64,000 bases of DNA from a virus. Position numbers and translations under genes: made by a program. Positions 56,926-64,000 of this stretch are shown in pieces. The DNA lies in IMG/VR virus record IMGVR_UViG_3300045988_176431, positions 64,001 to 128,000 of that record; one strand, 5' to 3'. Under the pieces are notes generated by a model. That model was not told the DNA's origin. It saw nothing but the letters and a program-made list of their open reading frames with translations, and did no database searches. The stretch's first letter is position 1; each line of letters starts with the position of its first letter.

Positions 56926-57637
56926 TGAAACTATGGAATTTGATGGTCACACTCTACATAGAATTAGAGCGTTGAAGAGTTTTTCTGATGTAATGAAAGG
57001 TGATCTTGGAGGATGGGTAGAATCTGAAGAAAACCTGTGGCAATCAGAGAATTGTTGGGTTTATGATAACGCAAAAGTATATGATGAGGCAAACGTGGAA
57101 ATAGATGCTGTTGTACGAAATGAAGCATGTGTTTGTAATAAGGCAAGAGTTACAGATTCAAAGGTTATGGATAAAGCATTTGTTTCAGGTCTTCTCGATG
57201 TTGACCGTAATGCAATTATTAAAGGTTCAGCAAAAGTTACTGGTGTTGGACCAATTCACAAAGCCGTTATTAAAGATAACGCAGTTATCAGAGGATCCAT
57301 ATTCATCGATGGACAAATTACAATTGGAGATAATGCGATAATTGATTCATCAAAGATAGTATATTTAGAGCATTATTATGAAATTGGAAAAGATGCTTAC
57401 ATCCAAGATAATTCTGATATAATCGAAATATCAATGATGGATGATCATCAAGATTTTTATACATTTTATCGTACAAAAAATAAAGAAACAGTTAATGTGA
57501 TATCTAACGTTTATTCTGGTTCATTATCTGATTTTGAAAACAAAATGAAATTGGAAGATAAAAAGATACCAGATAAAGTAAAATCAATGTTAGATATGGT
57601 AAAAGGATATTTTGAATTACACAAATTATCTGATTAA
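56900..57637 (+). CDS. beta-helix-type repeat protein, paralog 1
   Basis: The N-terminus MSKKYELTDETMEFDGHTLHRIRALK..GDLGGWVESEENL is shared with 57921 and 59226. It is followed by short repeats of the type DNAKVYDEANV. Confidence 0.55.
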   Translation: MSKKYELTDETMEFDGHTLHRIRALKSFSDVMKGDLGGWVESEENLWQSENCWVYDNAKVYDEANVEIDAVVRNEACVCNKARVTDSKVMDKAFVSGLLDVDRNAIIKGSAKVTGVGPIHKAVIKDNAVIRGSIFIDGQITIGDNAIIDSSKIVYLEHYYEIGKDAYIQDNSDIIEISMMDDHQDFYTFYRTKNKETVNVISNVYSGSLSDFENKMKLEDKKIPDKVKSMLDMVKGYFELHKLSD

Positions 57638-57651
57638 AATATAGGTTTATT

Positions 57652-57684
57652 AGGGGTATTATTATAATACCCCTTTATTTTTTA
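57652..57684 (+). terminator. rho-independent terminator
   Basis: AGGGGTATT / AATACCCCT stem followed by TTATTTTTT. Confidence 0.65.
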
Positions 57685-57890
57685 TAAGGAGTTGATATTT
57701 CATGTTAATTAAAAAGATAACATTACGACTTTTTCATCCTCATAAACCAAAAAGAAATCTAACGAACCTGAACTAATTGATATTACTTTTAAAGCAAAAC
57801 CATTCTATTCAAAAGATCTTGAGGAAAAAGCAGATATTTTAGATAAAAGATTTAATGGTTTTATGGATTATTCATCATCTTTAAAGAAAA

Positions 57891-57946
57891 ATAATAATGA
57901 AGAAGAAAGGATGAATTAATATGAGTAAGAAATATGAATTGACAGA
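57891..57946 (+). repeat. 56-nt exact direct repeat, copy 2
   Basis: Identical to 56870-56925. Confidence 0.8.
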
Positions 57947-58689
57947 AGAAACAATTGAAACAGATGATGGTATTACTTTATATCAAATCAAAGCATTAAA
58001 AGACTTTAATTATGTATATAAAGGGTGACCTTGGAGGTTATGTTGAAAGTGAAGATAATCTTTCCCAGATGGGTGATTGTTGGATTTATGATAATTCAAA
58101 AGTATTTGGTAGAGCATGTGTATATGAAAATGCAAAAGTATCTGGAAGTTCTATTATAAATGATCAAGCACATATAGAAGGGAATGCTCAGGTAATGGAA
58201 TCATCTAAAATCAGAGGTTTCTGTTCAGTAATAAAGGATAATGCTATTATTCGAGACAAATCAATTATTGATAATTCATGTATAGGAGATAATGCCGTTA
58301 TAAAAAAATCTAAATTAGAATGGTCATCTGTTTATTATGATTCTGTAATTAAAGATGTTGCGTTATTATTTAATGCTAATATAAAATGGGATGGATATAT
58401 TACAAAAGATGAGGATTGTGTTACAATTTCTGGTCTTAGAGTTCCTAATTACAATGATTCATCACTTAGACATCCACATTACACTGATGATATTACTTTT
58501 TATAGAAAAAAGTATAATCAAGTTGGTGTAGTTATTCATCATGGAACTTGTTATAATACTTTGAAAGAATTTGATAAAGTGATTAAAGAGAATCATGAAA
58601 AAGGAAACTACACTTATGATCAGGCATTTCCTTTTATTATAGAAGCAATGAAACGACATTTTTATCCTTATAATTATTGCAGAAAGTGA
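57921..58689 (+). pseudogene. beta-helix-type repeat protein, paralog 2, frame broken at 58023-58028 (pseudogene or +1 recoding)
   Basis: Frame A, MSKKYELTEETIETDDGITLYQIKALKDFNYVYKG, stops at TGA 58026. Frame +1 continues DLGGYVESEDNLSQ. Skipping T58026 restores the family consensus KGDLGG. Confidence 0.5.
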
Positions 58690-58699
58690 GGTTGAAAAT

Positions 58700-58942
58700 A
58701 TGACTGTAAAAGCATGTGTATTTATCATAATATTTTTCTTGATTTTATTAGGTATTACTCTTTTATGGGTATTTAATATAGCATTTAAAATGATTCGTGA
58801 TTCTTATAAAGAATCAAAAGAATTAGAAAAAATGAGTTTAGAAGAGTATGCTAAACGAAGATCAGAAAGAACTAGTAAAGTAAGTGATTTAAATGAATGT
58901 GTTAAGCAAGCAGTAAAAAAAAGTAAGGGAGGGGTTAAATGA
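58700..58942 (+). CDS. small single-pass membrane protein (80 aa)
   Basis: TM-like CVFIIIFFLILLGITLLWVFNIAF. AGTGAGG RBS. Confidence 0.5.
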   Translation: MTVKACVFIIIFFLILLGITLLWVFNIAFKMIRDSYKESKELEKMSLEEYAKRRSERTSKVSDLNECVKQAVKKSKGGVK

Positions 58943-59220
58943 ATTTGGATTTATTATTGATTATTATAATGATATTGGATGTCATTATAATAGTGGGATT
59001 ATATGTGGCATTATATGTAGTTTATGTAATATTAGGTTTGAAACACGATAATTCGATTAATAAAAATCGTAAAATAGAGTCTTTAGAAGAAGAAATATTA
59101 AAAAATACTGAAAAATATAATATTGGAAAAGTGCGTTATATTATAACAGAACCTAATGGTGATGTGATAGAAACAGTTGAGATACCAAAAGAATCGAACA
59201 ATGACAAAAAAAGGAAATAA
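58939..59220 (+). CDS. small membrane protein (93 aa)
   Basis: Hydrophobic N-terminus LLLIIIMILDVIIIVGLYVALYVVYVILGL. A 4-nt overlap with the upstream gene, and a GGGAGGGG RBS. Confidence 0.5.
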   Translation: MNLDLLLIIIMILDVIIIVGLYVALYVVYVILGLKHDNSINKNRKIESLEEEILKNTEKYNIGKVRYIITEPNGDVIETVEIPKESNNDKKRK

Positions 59221-59225
59221 CCAAT

Positions 59226-59864
59226 ATGAACAAAAAATATGAATTGACAGATGAAACTTTGGAATATGAGGGTCATATTATACTACATAGAATCCGGGCA
59301 TTGAAAAATGTAAATGATTCTGTGAAGGAAGGTGATCTTGGAGGATATGTAGAATCTGAAAGAAATCTTTCACAATATAATGAATGCTGGATTTATGATA
59401 ATGCAAAAGTTTTCGGAAATGGTAAGGTTTTTGATAAAGCTACAATACATAATGCGGCTATTGTAAAAGATGATGTTATCATATATAATAAAGCAAGTAT
59501 AAATGACTATGTAATGGTATATGATAATGCCAGAATTCATGGATTTGCTAAAATTTATGATGATGCTCAAATATATGGTAACGCTAATATCTTCGATCAT
59601 TCTAGAATATATAATAATAGTAAAATATCTGGTAACGCTATCGTACATGAATATGCCAGTATTCAAGATAATTCCATTGTCAGTGGACATGCTGATATAT
59701 TTGGACATGCTAAAATACAGGATAATTCTTCAATATTAGGTAATACTATTGTTTGTGGTGAAAATGTATTAAGATTTAATACTGAACTAACTGGTAATTC
59801 ATATATTAGTTCATCATTTAAAGAATTGGGAATTGATCCTTCTCAATATAATTTTAAAGAATGA
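59226..59864 (+). CDS. beta-helix-type repeat protein, paralog 3
   Basis: MNKKYELTDETLEYEGHIILHRIRALK..GDLGGYVESERNL, then about 15 tandem short repeats (YDNAKVFGNGKVFDKATIHNAAIV...). Confidence 0.55.
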   Translation: MNKKYELTDETLEYEGHIILHRIRALKNVNDSVKEGDLGGYVESERNLSQYNECWIYDNAKVFGNGKVFDKATIHNAAIVKDDVIIYNKASINDYVMVYDNARIHGFAKIYDDAQIYGNANIFDHSRIYNNSKISGNAIVHEYASIQDNSIVSGHADIFGHAKIQDNSSILGNTIVCGENVLRFNTELTGNSYISSSFKELGIDPSQYNFKE

Positions 59865-59900
59865 TCTTAATGTCTTTTAAAAAGACATATTTGTAATTAA

Positions 59901-59944
59901 AAATAAGAATGTAATACAATTATTATTACATTCTTATTTTTTTG
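59901..59944 (+). terminator. rho-independent terminator
   Basis: AAATAAGAATGTAATA / TATTACATTCTTATTT stem followed by T run. Confidence 0.65.
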
Positions 59945-59990
59945 ATATTTAAATGAAAATTGTAAATTTAGTATGTTCCTCTACTGTATT

Positions 59991-60000
59991 TATATATTAT
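59991..60000 (+). promoter_or_regulatory. TATATATTAT motif, copy i
   Basis: Exact 10-mer between a terminator and the RBS of the small ORF at 60048. Confidence 0.4.
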
Positions 60001-60047
60001 TTTCATAGAATCGATGATTAATAAAAAATAATATAGGAGGTGAAAAA

Positions 60048-60185
60048 ATGAGGTATTTAGTTTATTCTGATGAAGATGGTGAAACAAATATATTAGAAAT
60101 AGACCATTGTGATGAGAATGAAAGAGTATGTGAATTAAAAAATCAAGGAATCGATGATTATGATATTATCGATATTCCGTTTTAA
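60048..60185 (+). CDS. small acidic protein (45 aa; below the ORF-track cutoff)
   Basis: ATG 60048 lies 8 nt after TAGGAGGTG. It reads MRYLVYSDEDGETNILEIDHCDENERVCELKNQGIDDYDIIDIPF. Confidence 0.4.
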   Translation: MRYLVYSDEDGETNILEIDHCDENERVCELKNQGIDDYDIIDIPF

Positions 60186-60201
60186 GAAAGAAGGTTATAT
60201 T

Positions 60202-60825
60202 ATGTGTGATACATTTATGTTTAAAACTAATGAAAATATAAAGAAGGGGATAAAGATTATGAAATCTTATATCGATCAAATCGAAAAAGAATCTCAAAAT
60301 AAGTATACTTTTTGTATTAACTTGGGATTTACTGCATTTGATGGTAATAAAGATTTCCATGTAACACCAGTTGAAAATGATGATATAATTAGAATATCAT
60401 CATCATATAGTGATATGACATTAGAATGTTGGTTTTTACATTCTACAAAAATGTCATTTAATGCTAAAAATATTATCAGTATTAAAGCTATTGTGAAGAA
60501 AGGAAGTGATGAAGAGAGAAAACTAAAAGAAGTTTTCAATATATACAGCTCGGCATCTGTGCTATTCAATAATTTATTTATTTATGAAAATGATGAAGCA
60601 GGTCATCGTTATAAAGAAATTAAATTTGGATTCAATGCGTCAGGTGCATTATTTTCAGAAAGTGATTTTTACCGTTTTTTAGCATTAAGAAAATCATGGT
60701 CAGACATTCCAATGTTAACTCAGACTATAATGATTAATATTGCTATTTTAAATGGTTTTTTGGCATCATTACTTGATTCCTTAGAATCTACTGTGATAAT
60801 ACCAATAGATTCATCATTTGAATAG
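60202..60825 (+). CDS. hypothetical protein, tandem paralog A
   Basis: ATG 60202 follows AAGAAGG. It shares YSDM.L.C.F, KLKEVF and DFY.FL.LRK.W.DIPM....I....ILNGFL..LL with 60894-61862. Confidence 0.5.
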   Translation: MCDTFMFKTNENIKKGIKIMKSYIDQIEKESQNKYTFCINLGFTAFDGNKDFHVTPVENDDIIRISSSYSDMTLECWFLHSTKMSFNAKNIISIKAIVKKGSDEERKLKEVFNIYSSASVLFNNLFIYENDEAGHRYKEIKFGFNASGALFSESDFYRFLALRKSWSDIPMLTQTIMINIAILNGFLASLLDSLESTVIIPIDSSFE

Positions 60826-60893
60826 CAGGGTTGCTCTTTTATGGGTTATTTGATACAAGATTTAAAATGGATAATAAAAGAAAGGTGATAATT

Positions 60894-61862
60894 ATGAGTG
60901 AAAAAATAATTGAAATAATGGAATATGTTAAAGAAATTGAGGATAAAATTAATCTTATTCAAAAAGAATCTAAATATATACTTATATTTAGATATTCATT
61001 CTCATCTTTTAACAATTCTAAAGATTATCGTGTGTCTTCTAAAGATAAGAATAATAATATTTTTACAATTGATGCACAATATAGTGATATGAAACTACAA
61101 TGTTGTTTTGATGCTGATGAATCTGAAAAAGGGAACTTTGATGAATTATTGGTAAGCGTTGAGAATAACTTTATTCTTGATATTATTGTAAAGGATGGAA
61201 GTGAAGAAGATCAAAAACTAAAAGAAGTTTTTGATCGATTTCTATCAAAAATAATATCAAAAATACCAAGTTATTATAACAGATTAGTTTGGCATAAAAA
61301 CAATACATTCGTACCAATAGAGCCTGAAGACAAGGAAATCCGTTTTTCTCTTAAACCGATGTTTGATTCAATTTCAAAAGATGATTTCTATCAGTTTTTG
61401 ACATTAAGAAAAGATTGGTTAGATATCCCGATGGCACAGAGGGAAATAACAACAGATCTTTATATTTTAAATGGATTTCTGACATATTTACTTCATTTTC
61501 TGATGATGAATGTTGTAAGCAATATGTCAATTTTAAAAATAAAAAAAGAAATCAAAAACTGTAGCAGAATTATATTTGAGACTGCTACAGGTTGTGAAGA
61601 AAGGTTGGTAAATTATGATGGATATTTTAGAGTAGAGCATTATAATCCATCCGCATTGTCATATTGTCCAGTGTGTGGTGAATTTGAGGACCATTGGTTT
61701 TATGATAAAGAATCAAATACTGAAAAGTATTCATGTGGAGATTTTAGAAAGATCTCCTTGATTAGGGCAGCGTACATGATCAGAAGGTACAAAAAACATG
61801 GATACACTAGTTACCATATTCTAGATAAGGAGGAAGAAAGTTATGCCTCCACATCCAAATGA
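60894..61862 (+). CDS. hypothetical protein, tandem paralog B with a C-terminal Cys-rich extension
   Basis: ATG 60894 follows AAAGAAAGGTG. Paralogous to 60202-60825, with an extra CPVCGEF...YSCGDF segment. Confidence 0.5.
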   Translation: MSEKIIEIMEYVKEIEDKINLIQKESKYILIFRYSFSSFNNSKDYRVSSKDKNNNIFTIDAQYSDMKLQCCFDADESEKGNFDELLVSVENNFILDIIVKDGSEEDQKLKEVFDRFLSKIISKIPSYYNRLVWHKNNTFVPIEPEDKEIRFSLKPMFDSISKDDFYQFLTLRKDWLDIPMAQREITTDLYILNGFLTYLLHFLMMNVVSNMSILKIKKEIKNCSRIIFETATGCEERLVNYDGYFRVEHYNPSALSYCPVCGEFEDHWFYDKESNTEKYSCGDFRKISLIRAAYMIRRYKKHGYTSYHILDKEEESYASTSK

Positions 61863-61908
61863 TATAGATGTTATTATTGAATAAAAACAAGAAAGGTAGG
61901 TAACAATT

Positions 61909-62586
61909 ATGAAGTATTATGATGCAGAAGAATTTAGAGGGAAATTATTATCCCAAGTATCAGCAAATGATATTAAGGAGGTCAAAGATGTCTTTTCAAA
62001 TCGGAAATCAGGACAAACTACTGAGATTGATAAGATAATCATAGAATTCATGGAGATGATGATCCGTGAAAAAGAAAAGATAGTACGTGGATATTCAACG
62101 GGTATCTTTACTAATGAGTATCTTTTGGACATTGCAACAAAAGATACTTGTCCATTAATCATTAATGAGTTCATTACAAGTATCTTTGCAGGTGGACTTG
62201 AAATTGATGATTTTTCTGAAATCCGTAAAGGAAAATATGGTTATACTTTTAAAACATATAACGAGAACGGTTCAGAAGTAATAAGTCCTGAATACACAAA
62301 AGAAATGCTACTTGATGCTTTAAGAGGGAAAAGTATTAAATTCTCAGTTGAAGTAGCTGAGAAAGAAACAGAAAATAAGGAGGAAAAGAAAATGAAGATG
62401 AAGGTGAAAGAAGAACGAAGAATTTCTTCTTCAGTAACTTTAAATAAAGGAGAAGTTATCGAGTTGATACCTATGAAAAGTATAAATGGTGTAACGGTCG
62501 GATATGAATTTCTCCATAAAGGTGGAGACTTTGTAATTGTGCCAGGAGAATTATATGAGATATTTGAAGATTTAGAATCAGCATAA
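61909..62586 (+). CDS. hypothetical protein (225 aa)
   Basis: AAGAAAGGTAGGT RBS block. Confidence 0.55.
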   Translation: MKYYDAEEFRGKLLSQVSANDIKEVKDVFSNRKSGQTTEIDKIIIEFMEMMIREKEKIVRGYSTGIFTNEYLLDIATKDTCPLIINEFITSIFAGGLEIDDFSEIRKGKYGYTFKTYNENGSEVISPEYTKEMLLDALRGKSIKFSVEVAEKETENKEEKKMKMKVKEERRISSSVTLNKGEVIELIPMKSINGVTVGYEFLHKGGDFVIVPGELYEIFEDLESA

Positions 62587-62624
62587 CTATCTCATAAAAA
62601 CAAAAAAAAGGAGGATATTAAATT

Positions 62625-63266
62625 ATGGCTAAATTTTTGAAACAGGGGTATGAAATTATTGATAATTTGTGCCCTGCTCATATTATGAGAAAAATTGAAA
62701 GGATTGGTCGAGTCTGTTATAAGAGTGAGGATAAGATTACAGATGACTCGGCTGAGAGATTTGTAAAAATGATTATCAAAAGGGGACATGAATCAGTTCT
62801 TGAGCATGTCTCATTTTCTGTCCGTTTTACAACAGACAGAGGTGTGTCTCATGAGATTGTAAGACATCGTATTGCCTCGTTTAGTCAGGAGAGTACTAGA
62901 TACTGTAATTACTCTTCTGATAAATTCGGTGGTGATGTGAGTTTTATCATCCCGACATTCTTCGAAGAATCACATCTAAAAGATGATGATAAGAAGTATG
63001 AAAAATGGGTCGAAGAAATGATGAATATTGAAAGGACCTATTTGAATCTTCTCGAAGATGGTGCTAGTCCTCAGGAAGCACGTACAGTACTTCCAAACTC
63101 TTTGAAAACAGAAATCGTAGTTACGATGAATTTAAGAGAATGGAGACATTTCTTTAAATTGAGAACTGCACCAGCAGCTCATCCTCAGATGAGGGAGTTA
63201 GTTTGTCCGTTACTTAGTGAAATGAAAGAAATTCTTCCTGCTGTATTTGAGGATATTGAGGAGTGA
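62625..63266 (+). CDS. thyX: flavin-dependent thymidylate synthase ThyX
   Basis: The ThyX signature RHRIASFSQESTRY (RHRxxSxxxxSxRY), together with the size and the HESVLEHVSFSVRF N-terminal block. Confidence 0.85.
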   Translation: MAKFLKQGYEIIDNLCPAHIMRKIERIGRVCYKSEDKITDDSAERFVKMIIKRGHESVLEHVSFSVRFTTDRGVSHEIVRHRIASFSQESTRYCNYSSDKFGGDVSFIIPTFFEESHLKDDDKKYEKWVEEMMNIERTYLNLLEDGASPQEARTVLPNSLKTEIVVTMNLREWRHFFKLRTAPAAHPQMRELVCPLLSEMKEILPAVFEDIEE

Positions 63267-63270
63267 TGAT

Positions 63271-63912
63271 ATGAAACAAAAACAAATTAGATTAGTGGTC
63301 CTTGCCGGAATGTCAGGTTCTGGCAAGGATACTATAAAGAATCTCTTGGTTAATGATGGATATAAAGAACTTGAAATATTCACAACAAGACCAAAAAGAT
63401 CTGATGATGAATCAGGATATGATTTCATTTCATATGAAGAGTATACTGAAAAGTTAGCAGATGGTGTTGTTCTTGAATCACGTGAATATCACATTGCGAC
63501 AAGTGGTGAAACGTGGTATTATGGAACATATATACCTGATATGAGTCAAGTTAATGATGGTGATAACTATGTGGTTATTGGAACAATTGATAACTTCAAA
63601 ACCATTAAAGGAATGCTCAATCTAAAGGCACTCGAAAATGACATCATAATCAGATTTATTCCGATTTTTCTCAATGTTCATTATTATGAAAGATTAAAAC
63701 GAATTTTAAATCGTTCAGATAAATCGGATTATACAAAAGAAGAGATATCTGAAGTGCTTGAAAGAGAGCATAAAGATAATTTGTTGTGTGACATTTATTC
63801 ATATGGATGTTATACTCGGATTGACATCGATGATGAACAGACTATGAATCAAGTGTATGAAAATGTAAAATATACTATTGATTATATCGTCTTTCAGTCT
63901 CTTTGTGACTAG
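63271..63912 (+). CDS. guanylate-kinase-like P-loop nucleotide (dNMP) kinase
   Basis: P-loop LAGMSGSGKDT, and FTTRPKRSDDESGYDFISYEEY, which resembles the Gmk pattern TTR.PR.GE..G.dY.F. ATG 63271 follows GAGGAG. Confidence 0.6.
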   Translation: MKQKQIRLVVLAGMSGSGKDTIKNLLVNDGYKELEIFTTRPKRSDDESGYDFISYEEYTEKLADGVVLESREYHIATSGETWYYGTYIPDMSQVNDGDNYVVIGTIDNFKTIKGMLNLKALENDIIIRFIPIFLNVHYYERLKRILNRSDKSDYTKEEISEVLEREHKDNLLCDIYSYGCYTRIDIDDEQTMNQVYENVKYTIDYIVFQSLCD

Positions 63913-63968
63913 CTGCTTTTCTAGTTTCGCAGTACAATTAGATAAAGAAACTAGAAAGGGTGAATGAC

Positions 63969-64000
63969 ATGAATCAATGCAATAAACTAGTATTGATGAT
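63969..64000 (+). CDS. hypothetical protein, 5' end only (continues out of window)
   Basis: ATG 63969 follows AGAAAGGGTG. Only about 10 codons are visible. Confidence 0.3.
   Translation, partial: MNQCNKLVLM

Noticed and set aside
62625-63266. Calling the phage an AR9/PBS1-type uracil-DNA phage on the basis of the split RNA polymerase, the chaperonin and the introns
   Set aside because: An apparently intact thyX argues for dTMP synthesis. Base composition of the virion DNA cannot be inferred from this window, so the similarity is stated only as architectural.
1-64000. Organellar (mitochondrial or plastid) origin, suggested by AT-richness, group I introns and rpoB/rpoC-like genes
   Set aside because: The region has strong bacterial SD sequences and rho-independent terminators. 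Its HNH/NUMOD (not LAGLIDADG) endonucleases, RecA/UvsX, Rad50, PolB, PPK1 and ThyX genes, and many orphan ORFs, fit a large bacteriophage.

Overview
The window is AT-rich, nearly all genes are on the + strand, and most are preceded by AGAAAGGAGG-type Shine-Dalgarno sequences. This looks like a replication, transcription and nucleotide-metabolism segment of a large (jumbo-type) phage of a low-GC bacterium. All coordinates were hand-indexed from the printed sequence.

Recognisable genes:
- four split beta and beta' pieces of a phiKZ/AR9-style multisubunit RNA polymerase
- the polymerase-domain part of a family B DNA polymerase
- a RecA/UvsX-like recombinase, a Rad50/SbcC-like ATPase and an SF2 helicase
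- a DEDDh exonuclease and an SSB-like protein
- a GroEL-like chaperonin and a PPK1 polyphosphate kinase
- ThyX and a guanylate-kinase-like kinase
- a PP-loop ATPase next to a SAM methyltransferase

The main signal is one group I intron family present in 12 copies, about 8.8 kb or roughly 14% of the window. The copies interrupt six genes: all four RNA polymerase genes, the DNA polymerase gene and one unknown gene.
- Five copies carry I-HmuI-like HNH/NUMOD homing endonuclease ORFs.
- Four copies sit in tandem in one gene, separated by micro-exons of about 15-37 nt.
- Each copy has its own internal guide sequence complementary to its own 5' exon.
- Helices covary between copies.
- For eight introns a unique splice junction can be derived. 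Each restores colinearity with the flanking polymerase homology, most sharply at the classic bacterial beta/beta' motifs.

Other notable items:
- a 10-nt TATATATTAT motif in nine intergenic or intron positions, a candidate phage promoter
- a candidate structured leader or ncRNA with its own promoter motif and terminator
- a MazF/PemK-like domain protein
- three beta-helix-repeat paralogs, one broken at a prfB-like GGG-UGA-C +1 site

Most remaining ORFs are hypothetical. No tRNA, rRNA or CRISPR array was seen.
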